Shown here: positions 39,375 through 48,294 of the stretch, in pieces
How positions within the stretch are numbered: position 1 is the first letter of the stretch
How the letters are laid out: every line of letters begins with the position of its first letter
Assembly: GCA_041691135.1 (NCBI GenBank)
Contig: JBEPVF010000002.1
Span: 160,001 to 224,000, forward strand
Origin: Candidatus Peribacteria bacterium
GTDB lineage: Bacteria; Patescibacteriota; Gracilibacteria; Peribacterales; Peribacteraceae
Length of the DNA: 64,000 nucleotides
Reading direction: 5' to 3'
Made by a program: the position numbers and the translations under genes
The notes under the pieces: model-generated
What the model was told of the DNA's origin: nothing
Database searches by the model: none
The model's input: the letters and a program-made list of their open reading frames with translations, nothing else

Positions 39375-39488
39375 TTAGGGTCGTCGCATCAGTGCCCTGA
39401 TGCCGAACACGATGCCGATCAGAAGGATAAGTCCCACAAACCACGCCAGTAGTTTGTACGCAATGAACAATTCAAGGAGAGTTGCCAT
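39375..39488 (-). CDS. 37-aa single-TM microprotein
   Basis: MATLLELFIAYKLLAWFVGLILLIGIVFGIRALMRRP*; leader TTTTCTTCCCCTTCCTCATTT. Confidence 0.55.
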   Translation of the reverse strand: MATLLELFIAYKLLAWFVGLILLIGIVFGIRALMRRP

Positions 39489-39684
39489 AAATGAGGAAGG
39501 GGAAGAAAACCAGAGACAGTGACGGTGTGGAATCCATGTTATGACAATGACCCCCATCTCCCTTCCAGCTTTCAAATATCCCATTCTGCTTAAATCTCCA
39601 TTTCTTATGAGCTAATCTGATTATTGTCAAATATTCATTTAAATGTTATAATATATACAACACACACTTCCCCACACCCCTTCT

Positions 39685-40551
39685 ATGTCTAAGTATTCTA
39701 CCAATCACCTGCTCGTGACCGGGCTGGCCGCAGCGGTCTTTTCGGGCGCGATCACCTTCGCCAGTCTGTCGGCCGCCATGGGAGGCCCCGGCCCGCAAAT
39801 GAATTCCATGCAAGGCCAGATGCCGATGATGCCACAGGGCGGCAGCATGCAACCTGGCATGATGCAGCAAATGAACGGCATGCCGGGCATGCAACAGAAT
39901 AACGGTAATCAGGGTCCCGGTTCGATGAACCACCCGATGATGCCCTTCAACGGCTCTAATGCATCGCCGTCCGGAATGCCGATGAACACGATGCCGCAGA
40001 ACTTTATGAACCAGCCGATGCAGAATCCAAGTTCGATGCAGAACATGCAGCTGTTCATGAATCATATGCCGATGCCGGGGAACGACGGCAGCCAGGGCAG
40101 TCAGCCTGGCGATATGATCAAGCTTCAGCCGGGCAACTTTGTGGGCGGCTCCGCACCGACGAACATCATGCAGCCGAATATGTTGAATTTGCCGATGGGC
40201 CAGAATCAGAACCAGGGACAAAACACTTCCATGGCAGGTGGCATGCCAGGAATGATGAATCAGATCGATACGTCACAGCTGTCAGCCACGCAGAAAACAA
40301 AGCTGCTCAAATTGCTGACGAAAAGTGTGACGAGGATCGATCAGTCAATCGCCAGAGCACAGAAGCGAATCGATCAGCTCCAGGCAAGAATCGATCGCGA
40401 AGAAGCGAAGGCCTCACCCGATACCGATAAAGAAGATGTATGGCAGAATCAGATCGATACCATGAATAACGGTATGGATACTGCGAATAATACGAAGGAT
40501 CAGATTCAAAGCCAGATCGATGATCTGAACGCCGTCGACCAGGCGCAATAA
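39685..40551 (+). CDS. Exported Met/Gln/Asn/Pro/Gly low-complexity protein with C-terminal coiled coil
   Basis: Signal peptide, about 160 nearly uncharged residues, heptad-like C-terminus, downstream terminator. Confidence 0.8.
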   Translation: MSKYSTNHLLVTGLAAAVFSGAITFASLSAAMGGPGPQMNSMQGQMPMMPQGGSMQPGMMQQMNGMPGMQQNNGNQGPGSMNHPMMPFNGSNASPSGMPMNTMPQNFMNQPMQNPSSMQNMQLFMNHMPMPGNDGSQGSQPGDMIKLQPGNFVGGSAPTNIMQPNMLNLPMGQNQNQGQNTSMAGGMPGMMNQIDTSQLSATQKTKLLKLLTKSVTRIDQSIARAQKRIDQLQARIDREEAKASPDTDKEDVWQNQIDTMNNGMDTANNTKDQIQSQIDDLNAVDQAQ

Positions 40552-40573
40552 GCGTCGAGAATAAACGTCGATC

Positions 40574-40601
40574 ACTGCGGTCCCCACGGGCCGCAGTTTT
40601 T
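40574..40601 (+). terminator. Intrinsic terminator
   Basis: ACTGCGGTCC-ccac-GGGCCGCAGT followed by TTTT. Confidence 0.75.
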
Positions 40602-40640
40602 GTGTGGATGATCAAATGTCCTCTCCTCTATAATCCGAAT

Positions 40641-41024
40641 ATGCCGTATCTGCTGTTGTTGAGTCTCATTCTCATCGCCTGTAACAGGCATGTCGAGCCG
40701 GCCGCAACCAACGAATGGGAAAATGCGAACACCGTCTCGTCGGCCGCGTCGTCCGTCTCTTCCGTGACAAGCAGCTCTGTGCCACAGAAGACAAGTACGC
40801 TGACGCTCAAGGATTTTACAACGAAGTTACACGCCGACATGGGCAGCGATGATCTGGTGGCCGCATTCGGCCAACCGGATCAAGATTTGGGCAGTGGTCT
40901 GCATATTTCCGAATATATTTTGGACGACGGCAGTACCGTTCTGATCGGTTTCGCCGGCACAAGCATTTTGTACGCACGCCATAAAACCGGCAGCGGCACC
41001 GAGGAATTGCTGTCGAATCAATAA
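40641..41024 (+). CDS. Small lipoprotein
   Basis: LIAC lipobox; FGQPDQDLGSGLHI.EY.LDDGS motif. Confidence 0.7.
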   Translation: MPYLLLLSLILIACNRHVEPAATNEWENANTVSSAASSVSSVTSSSVPQKTSTLTLKDFTTKLHADMGSDDLVAAFGQPDQDLGSGLHISEYILDDGSTVLIGFAGTSILYARHKTGSGTEELLSNQ

Positions 41025-41030
41025 AGATCA

Positions 41031-41384
41031 CTACTTCTGACGAGCGCTGCGCTTCAAATGTTTCGTCCCCCAGTCGCTGAGCGTATCGATCATCGGATTG
41101 AGCGTGCGACCGTACGTCGTGAGCGCGTACTCCACGCGCGGCGGAACAACCGGGAAAACGGTACGTTCGACGATGCCATCATGTTCCAGTTCGCGCAGCT
41201 GTTGCGCCAACATCTTGGGTGTGATGCGCCCCAAGCCGCGCTGCAGTTCACTGTAGCGCTTCTTACTCTCCTGCAAATGCCATAGAATCGGCAGCTTCCA
41301 TTTACCGCCGATCACGCCGAGCGAAATGGTGACCGGACATCCTTGCGCGCACTGCGCGTCGTGAATGGAAGAGTGAGGAATCAT
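41031..41384 (-). CDS. HxlR family transcriptional regulator
   Basis: CPV...L.VIGGKWK and LRELE.DGIV.R..FPVVPPRVEYALT. Confidence 0.92.
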   Translation of the reverse strand: MIPHSSIHDAQCAQGCPVTISLGVIGGKWKLPILWHLQESKKRYSELQRGLGRITPKMLAQQLRELEHDGIVERTVFPVVPPRVEYALTTYGRTLNPMIDTLSDWGTKHLKRSARQK

Positions 41385-41484
41385 AGTATATTAAAGGGAA
41401 GTATATAACTTCTTAGTATGTTCTTGCTCTTATAATAGCATGAGGCTATGGTGAAACTACTATTTTTCCATCCTCAATTTTTCC

Positions 41485-42120
41485 ATGTCCACCTACACCG
41501 ACAACCTGCAATGGCGCTACGCCACCAAAAAATTCGATCCGTCCAAAAAACTGACACCGGAACAGCTTGATGAACTGCTGGAGATTGCACGCTTGTCGGC
41601 TTCGTCCTACGGCTTGCAACCCTACAAGTTCCTTGTGATCACGAATCCGGAATTACGCGTAAAGCTGCGTGAGGCGGCATGGGGTCAGAGCCAGGTCACC
41701 GATGCATCGCATTTGATCGTCTTGTGTGCGCGCAAAACCATCGACAGTGCCTATGTCGGCCACTATATCGATCTCATTGCCAAAACCCGCGGTATACCTG
41801 CCGAAAACTTAAAAACATTCCATGACATGATGGCGGCATCGATTGAACATCAGACACCAGCTGATCTGGAAGCGTGGGACAAGAAACAAACGTACATCGC
41901 TCTCGGTTTCCTCTTGTCCGGTGCAGCCCAGATGCAAATCGACGGTTGTCCCATGGAAGGTTTCGACGCAGCGAAATTCGACGAAATTCTGGAACTCGGT
42001 AAGCAGGGACTCACAGCCACCGCCCTCTGCACCCTCGGCTTCCGCGCTGCGGATGACAATGCCGCAAAAGACAAGAAGGTGCGCTTTCCGAAGGAGGAAT
42101 TATTCGAGTTCCGCAGCTAG
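41485..42120 (+). CDS. Nitroreductase (NfsB-like)
   Basis: WRYATKKFD, SASSYGLQP and CPMEGFD; divergent from HxlR. Confidence 0.92.
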   Translation: MSTYTDNLQWRYATKKFDPSKKLTPEQLDELLEIARLSASSYGLQPYKFLVITNPELRVKLREAAWGQSQVTDASHLIVLCARKTIDSAYVGHYIDLIAKTRGIPAENLKTFHDMMAASIEHQTPADLEAWDKKQTYIALGFLLSGAAQMQIDGCPMEGFDAAKFDEILELGKQGLTATALCTLGFRAADDNAAKDKKVRFPKEELFEFRS

Positions 42121-42168
42121 AAACCACTGAATCATTCGGGATCATCCGCACGCTCTCGTGCTATACCA

Positions 42169-42193
42169 AAACACCGTTCTTGCGAACGGTGTT
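42169..42193 (-). terminator. Intrinsic terminator
   Basis: AACACCGTTC-ttgc-GAACGGTGTT with an A tract on the left. Confidence 0.7.
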
Positions 42194-42213
42194 CGGTTCC
42201 CCGAAGAAGTTAT

Positions 42214-43821
42214 TTAGGAAGAAGAACTGGTACTCGTCGCACTCGTCGACGATACGCTGCTAGCCGACTCACTGGTAGTTGCCGCCGTGCTACTCGAAGA
42301 GCTTAGACTCGATGTGCTACTCGCGCTCGTCACTTCGCTGCTGGAAGAAGGAAGTTCGGAGGAGAGACTCGAAGCAGGTGTAGAACTGATGGACGTACTA
42401 CTCGTCACAGACGTACTCGACTCACTCACGGCCGCCGACGAAGTCGTCGGTGCCGAACTGAGTGATGACGAAGAAACTGATGCCGGTATCGACGCGACGG
42501 ATGACTCGCTACTGATACCGCCGACGCTGTAACTCACGCCCAGCTGACCGCGCAGGACCGTACACTCAGTCGCGTTGCCTATGCGTTGGTCTTCGCAATT
42601 CGCCTGCCATGCGCCGCTGTAACACACGTCCGTGCCATTGCCACCTTCGTCGCCATTGAGCAAGCCACCGTCGATCGTATCGTTGCCGTCCTCGCCGTTC
42701 AGATAACCGGCAGCATCGCCGCCGCACAGGAGGTCCTCTTCGCTACCGCCCTTCATGGTCACCTGACCGGCCGAAATGATCGTATCGGCACCTTGTCCGC
42801 CTTCGAGAAGGCTTTTGCCGGTACCGCCGACGACCGTGTCGTTATCCTGATCACCCTGGAGATAATCATTTCCGGCCAAGCCGCAAATGATATCGTTTCC
42901 TTCAGCACCGACCATGTGATCATCACCGCTCGTTCCGACCATCACATCCGCTCCACCCGTTCCCTGCAAGAAACCGGTGTACTGCTGACCATTCATCGGT
43001 CCGCCGTGGATGATTCCGTTCGCAACGTAGATTGTGGCCGTCTTTCCCATGCAAAGGGGAACGCCGGTCGACGTCGACAGACTGGATGACGACATGCTAC
43101 TGCCCGAACCGGCGACCGCTCCTGATCCGCCGAAATTGTAGACATGCAGCATCACACTGCGATCCGTATCTGCGGACGTATCGAGCAAGATGACGCCATT
43201 GGCAGCGTACATCGTCTTGAGTGACGCCGCGTCGTTATTGGGAACAAGTCCGGACGGTGTGAATCGCACCGTGCCAAACGATGCACCCGACGGCATCAGC
43301 GTTTCCAGAACCGTCGTCGGTCCGGTGGGAAGCGTGAAGTCGTAGTGTGAAATATCGTAACAGGTACTGCCCGACACCACTCCGTCGCCGTTCACGTCTC
43401 CGGTACCCGCACTTTCACAGATCGACTGCGGCGTAAAAGCTGCCTGGCTCCAGGGATGCACGGTGCCCTGCGCATCAATCATATCAAAAGCAAATGGCAT
43501 CGCCGGCCCCGCAATCGCTCCCGACAACCCTCGCTGATCCGGCGTGTGAATCACCGGACAAGCGGCTTCAGCTTGCAGAAATGCCTGTACCGGATCACTT
43601 GCATGGCTTTCGAGCGCTTGCAGATCGGCCAGCGTCTTTATCGATCCGTTACACAAATGTTTCATGACCATCACACTCGTGCTGCCGGTTCCTGTCGATA
43701 TGATCGTCGAACCGCTGGCGGCGAATGCCGACTGGAATTGCCAAGCAATTGCGGCGCCTGCAAGTAAGAAAGCTGCCAGAAAAAATGAACGGGCCTGTGG
43801 TGGTGCTGTGGAGGCAAACAT
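42214..43821 (-). CDS. Secreted protein with RTX/hemolysin-type Ca-binding repeats and Ser/Thr-rich tail
   Basis: GxxGxDxxx nonapeptides (GTSGDDHMV, GAEGNDIIC, GLAGNDYLQ); signal peptide; poly-Ser C-terminus. Confidence 0.8.
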   Translation of the reverse strand: MFASTAPPQARSFFLAAFLLAGAAIAWQFQSAFAASGSTIISTGTGSTSVMVMKHLCNGSIKTLADLQALESHASDPVQAFLQAEAACPVIHTPDQRGLSGAIAGPAMPFAFDMIDAQGTVHPWSQAAFTPQSICESAGTGDVNGDGVVSGSTCYDISHYDFTLPTGPTTVLETLMPSGASFGTVRFTPSGLVPNNDAASLKTMYAANGVILLDTSADTDRSVMLHVYNFGGSGAVAGSGSSMSSSSLSTSTGVPLCMGKTATIYVANGIIHGGPMNGQQYTGFLQGTGGADVMVGTSGDDHMVGAEGNDIICGLAGNDYLQGDQDNDTVVGGTGKSLLEGGQGADTIISAGQVTMKGGSEEDLLCGGDAAGYLNGEDGNDTIDGGLLNGDEGGNGTDVCYSGAWQANCEDQRIGNATECTVLRGQLGVSYSVGGISSESSVASIPASVSSSSLSSAPTTSSAAVSESSTSVTSSTSISSTPASSLSSELPSSSSEVTSASSTSSLSSSSSTAATTSESASSVSSTSATSTSSSS

Positions 43822-44046
43822 ATAAAAAAAAGGAAAGAAGTAATAGACATGTATCTGACGGCGCACCTGGTCTGCCTGCTACGAAAAAACCGATTTTTTC
43901 GTCTTCGGACATCAATACGGCTCAGGAACTTTATGCGACTGCCTGCGCTAAAAGTAGAATGTTCTACACAAGATGCGAAAGAGATCCGATCTATGCGCGT
44001 CACACAGAGTGTTCGTAAATTTTTTATTATTTTTTCCCATTTGTGT

Positions 44047-44355
44047 ATGAAGCGCAAACTCATAGCCGCATCGGCCGTCATCGCGGGCAGTGCATTCGTC
44101 TTACCGGCACTTGCCCAGGTAAGTAGTTCAAGTACGACCGATATGACGGACGTCAGTTCGTCATCAGTTTATTCGGTGACGGATACCACGACCAGCACCG
44201 GAGTGGACAGTTCAACCAGTACAACTGTTACCGATCCCAACAGCGGCGCCAGCGTCGACGCAGGCGATACGAGTTCAATCAATTCAAACGGAACAGCCAT
44301 TCCAGCGAGCCTGCCGAACACCGGTGCAGGCACGATGGCAGAGGTTGTGAAGTAA
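44047..44355 (+). CDS. Small secreted Ser/Thr/Asp-rich LPNTG protein, probable sortase substrate
   Basis: Signal peptide MKRKLIAA...ALA; ends LPNTGAGTMAEVVK; immediately upstream of a sortase. Confidence 0.75.
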   Translation: MKRKLIAASAVIAGSAFVLPALAQVSSSSTTDMTDVSSSSVYSVTDTTTSTGVDSSTSTTVTDPNSGASVDAGDTSSINSNGTAIPASLPNTGAGTMAEVVK

Positions 44356-44368
44356 ATCCCTTAAACCT

Positions 44369-44989
44369 ATGCGCAATATTTCCCGCGCACTCCTCATAGC
44401 CAGCACGCTCGCCATCCTTACCGTGGCGGGCATGCTGGGCATGGCGCGCTCGTCGGCATGGAGCGGAACATTACCGGTGAACACCTCATCGGCTTCAACG
44501 ATCTTTCCGCTTTCTTCTTCAATCGATGAGAGACAGAAAGTCGGCACGCCGGTGCGCCTCGTCATTCCCACCATTCGAGTGGATGCAGCAATTGAACCGA
44601 TCGGCCTTTTGCCATCGGGAGAGATGGACGTACCGAAAGAATGGAATGACACGGGCTGGTACGATCTGGGTCCCCGTCCGGGTGACATCGGTAATGCGGT
44701 GATCGACGGACACTTCGACAGTCCCACTGGCAAAGCTGTTTTTTACGAATTGAAAAAATTGAAGCCCGGCGATGTGCTACAAGTTGTCGACGACGCGAAC
44801 CTGGTTCGCACTTTTGTCGTACGGCGCACGGCATCCTATGTGTCCTCTAACGCGCCGCTTCAAGAACTATTTGGCCACAGCGATGGCACGCACCTCAATC
44901 TCATTACCTGCGGCGGCGCTTGGCTGAAGGATCAGCATCGATACGAGGATCGTTTGGCCGTGTATGCCGATTTACAGACAGACAATTGA
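44369..44989 (+). CDS. Class F sortase
   Basis: PGDIGNAVIDGHFD, LNLITCGG and YEDRLAVYA. Confidence 0.9.
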   Translation: MRNISRALLIASTLAILTVAGMLGMARSSAWSGTLPVNTSSASTIFPLSSSIDERQKVGTPVRLVIPTIRVDAAIEPIGLLPSGEMDVPKEWNDTGWYDLGPRPGDIGNAVIDGHFDSPTGKAVFYELKKLKPGDVLQVVDDANLVRTFVVRRTASYVSSNAPLQELFGHSDGTHLNLITCGGAWLKDQHRYEDRLAVYADLQTDN

Positions 44990-45031
44990 GAAAATCAGAG
45001 GTGCTGACTTCAATCTGGTATACTCATTGAC

Positions 45032-45931
45032 GTGACCGACTCCGCACCGCCTTCCTATACACCTTTGGCCACCAAGGAAGAGAAATCTCTCGCCTTACTC
45101 GAGATGGGAGGCAAAGTGGTACTGAATATAGGAGTCGGAAAAGAAGCGACCATCGCAATCGTTCGCGGCCGGAGCGGCGCGTTCTTCGTGTTGGAGTACG
45201 ACGATGGCACAGGCACTGCGCTGCACGAACATCCGCTCGTCGAATTGACACAGAAAGTGGTTGGCAAAATCGAAACCATACATCCGGTTGCACCCGCCGC
45301 TACGCCTGCGACATCTGCCAAAGCACCCTCCGTACCCGAAGGTCCGCCATCAACCGCCGATATTCTTACCGCCCTCACCCGACTGAACATGCCGCGCGAA
45401 GTGCGCATCGATTGGCAAGACGGCAAACCCGCGTTCTGGGCGCGCACCATCGGACGCACCGGCGCGAATCTCGTCATCGCTTTCGATGATCATGGCACCA
45501 CGCGCACGGCCGAGTATCCGCTCAAAGACTTACGCGCCCACGTGACTGCCATTCGTAGCATTCCGATCGACTCAGCCATCATCGTACCGAAGCATGCTGT
45601 GGCAGCCGAATCGTCGACCGCTTCCAATCAGGCCACACCCGTACCACACCCGACAACGGTACACGATTCCCTAGCCCAGGCGCGCGCTACCGGGATCGTC
45701 TCGCTGCAGGCCGATGGCTTAACGCTACACTTCACTCCGGACGGCATCACGCTTACCGGCGACGCCGGTTCGACCTGGGAATATCACATCACCAATGACG
45801 GCGACGAACGCATGGTCGGTATGCGTCCACGGACCATCACACTCGAACGCGTGCGGGATCTACTGGCACATATCGCCCAGGGACGCACACAGGTGGAAGG
45901 CCAAAAAACATGGCACGCCGAGTGGAAGTAA
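45032..45931 (+). CDS. Hypothetical protein with an internally duplicated beta-rich domain
   Basis: GRSGAFFVLEYDDGTG..EHPLVEL aligns with GRTGANLVIAFDDHGT..EYPLKDL. Confidence 0.65.
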   Translation: MTDSAPPSYTPLATKEEKSLALLEMGGKVVLNIGVGKEATIAIVRGRSGAFFVLEYDDGTGTALHEHPLVELTQKVVGKIETIHPVAPAATPATSAKAPSVPEGPPSTADILTALTRLNMPREVRIDWQDGKPAFWARTIGRTGANLVIAFDDHGTTRTAEYPLKDLRAHVTAIRSIPIDSAIIVPKHAVAAESSTASNQATPVPHPTTVHDSLAQARATGIVSLQADGLTLHFTPDGITLTGDAGSTWEYHITNDGDERMVGMRPRTITLERVRDLLAHIAQGRTQVEGQKTWHAEWK

Positions 45932-45999
45932 AAAAAATCGAATAAATACGTAAGCCTCGGGAGAGTCGCGCGTCTTTGCACATGAATTTCCTTTTCTGT

Positions 46000-46862
46000 A
46001 TGCGCAATTCCTCTTCTTCACTGGCCCGCTTTTTTTTGTTCTGTCGCTCGTCGTATTGACGGTACAGGCAACGAGCGCGAAGCAAGCATCACGTCAAATA
46101 TCATCGACCGTTTCTCTCCCGGCTGTTGCGACGGCCGCGCCGGTTACCTCGTTTCCTTACGAGGAACAACAGCGCATCAACACAGTGGCACAGGCCAATG
46201 CGGCGGTGGTGAGCGTCATTATTTCCAAAGACTTGCCGGTCATCGAGCGGTACTATCAGACGATAGACATGGGCAACGGCATACGCGTCCGGGTGCCGCG
46301 CACCCGTCAGCAGGGCAGCCAGGAGCAAGTGGTCGGCGGAGGCACCGCTTTCTTTGTCTCAAACGATGGATTGCTGATGACGAACAAACATGTGGTATCG
46401 GATCCCGGTGCTTCGTATACGGTTCTGTTGAATGACGGACAGAAAGTGAAAGCGACGGTTCTGCAAGTGGACAATCAAAATGATATCGCGTTGCTGAAAA
46501 TTGACCGCACCAATACGCCACCGCTCACGTTGGCCGGCGACAACGATATCCATTTGGGACAGACGGCCATTGCCATCGGCAACTCTCTCGGCGAATACCG
46601 GAACACGGTGAGTGTCGGCGTGGTCTCGGGACTCGGCCGCTCCATCACAGCCGAAACAGGCCTCGGCAACGGCACCGAAACACTCAGCGAGATCATTCAG
46701 ACCGACGCGGCCATCAATCAGGGTAATTCGGGCGGACCGCTGCTGGACATACTGGGCAATGTGATCGGTATGAACACCGCCGTCGCAGCATCAGGACAAA
46801 ATATCGGCTTTGCTATTCCGGCAAGCGAACTCCGGCGAGTGCTGACTGCGTACGGGAGATAA
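46000..46862 (+). CDS. HtrA/DegP-like trypsin protease without PDZ; signal peptide out of frame at a T8 tract
   Basis: TNKHVV, DIALLKI and GNSGGPL triad. ATG 46000 joins the 46056 ORF only if the tract at 46030-46037 is T9 or T6. Confidence 0.8.
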
Positions 46863-46967
46863 CAAACCCACCGAAAGTACCTCATCACCCGCCTTGGCAT
46901 TGGTATTTGGATTTTGACGGGCATTTCATCCTTTTTCTTCTCCCGAAATCTTGCTAGAATGCTCTTT

Positions 46968-47354
46968 GTGAATCGCTCGTACGCCATCATTGTCATCGTC
47001 GTCGCGCTCCTTCTTATTGGCGGGGGCATCACGATGTCGCATTTGCAGGGTTCGGTGATGACACCGGTCCCATCCCCTACCGTCGACGCAACCACGTGTC
47101 CGTCCGAAATTACCGCCGCCGATACCGGCCGCACGATCACCTGCCATGTAGGGAACCGTTTCACGATCCACCTGAATCAGGGAAGCCAACCGATCGAGCA
47201 TTTATCGTGTGAACCGAAGGGCAATCTCGGCATCATCGCCAGCCAGTCACCCACCGATTCCGACGAGTACACCGTGCAGTTCGAAGGCGTGCGCCCCGGC
47301 ACGTGCACCATGCACAACGACAGCTTCGACGCGACGATTGCTATCGTTTCGTAG
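46968..47354 (+). CDS. Membrane-anchored small Ig-like protein (possibly chagasin/I42-like)
   Basis: TM helix, then ITAADTGRTITCHVGNRFTIHL...FEGVRPGT. Confidence 0.6.
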   Translation: MNRSYAIIVIVVALLLIGGGITMSHLQGSVMTPVPSPTVDATTCPSEITAADTGRTITCHVGNRFTIHLNQGSQPIEHLSCEPKGNLGIIASQSPTDSDEYTVQFEGVRPGTCTMHNDSFDATIAIVS

Positions 47355-47404
47355 GAATGAAAAATTGATATCTGCGTGAGAAGCGGGAAATTTTTTATGT
47401 ATCC

Positions 47405-48157
47405 TCACGATGCTTTACTCATATGGGGCAGCCGTATCTTCTCCAGCACTACAAGGGGCTTATGCCCAGGATCATCGATATAAGGTAGCTTTGCGTCCAT
47501 GTAAATGAACTCATCGTGTGATGCTGGATCAATCTGTCTTTCTCCCACCTGAAGTTCAATCTTTCCAATCGCCATCTGTATCGCCGCTGTTCTGCCCGCA
47601 GGGGTTGCCCAAAAATCTTTCAGCGAACCTGAAGGAATATTCACTCCCGTCTTGGCAGCGATCTCAGATACACGATCATCATTACGCGTGATGTACCACT
47701 GCAAGCCCCGCACATCCTTGGGGTTATCATGTATCAGTCTTTGCCTGAAGTCCCACATGGCCGCCTCTGCCTGACGCGGCGATATTTTTTTATTCAGTAA
47801 ATTGCGATACGCTTCGCGGAATGGCGAATGAAAAAACCGCATCACCATTTCATCTTCCTGTTCACGAGTGAATGGAGAACGGTCCGGTATCGGTAAACCG
47901 AGTTCTTGGTGCAGGGGACAATGCAAAGCGACAATTGTTTGCCACGCATTCTGATGCCCTCCCACTTTCAGTCCAGAAAGAAGTTCATGAATTTCTGCAG
48001 CTGTCCGATTCGAAAGATGTATAAACTCCTCATTCGCCGCAACCAAACCCTGACGATGATCCAGATCACTCAGAACAGCTGAGTAATCTTCGATAACAGC
48101 GCCGGATTCAACGACTGTTGTGCTCACCGTAAAGAAAAAGTCGGAGGGAACTGACAC
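47405..48157 (-). CDS. Hypothetical protein
   Basis: 250-aa ORF with normal composition filling an intergenic gap; start uncertain. Confidence 0.55.
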   Translation of the reverse strand: MSVPSDFFFTVSTTVVESGAVIEDYSAVLSDLDHRQGLVAANEEFIHLSNRTAAEIHELLSGLKVGGHQNAWQTIVALHCPLHQELGLPIPDRSPFTREQEDEMVMRFFHSPFREAYRNLLNKKISPRQAEAAMWDFRQRLIHDNPKDVRGLQWYITRNDDRVSEIAAKTGVNIPSGSLKDFWATPAGRTAAIQMAIGKIELQVGERQIDPASHDEFIYMDAKLPYIDDPGHKPLVVLEKIRLPHMSKAS

Positions 48158-48294
48158 CGATTGTACGCTTGGCGTTCAATGCGCCAACAAATTCGTGCGT
48201 TATAGCCCATTCTGGCTTCATTTGAGCCAAAAAGACGCTCTGGCGAACGGCGGCGGAACGAGTATTCTGCTCCCCATTGCTCCGCGCATTGTTC

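Noticed and set aside
41385-41484. Possible HxlR operator between the divergent genes
   Set aside because: Only short, imperfect AT-rich symmetry, so no site can be defined, although regulation here is likely.
42214-42520. Repetitive ACTCG/CTCGTC-rich DNA
   Set aside because: It encodes the Ser/Thr-rich tail on the minus strand; there is no constant repeat with unique spacers.
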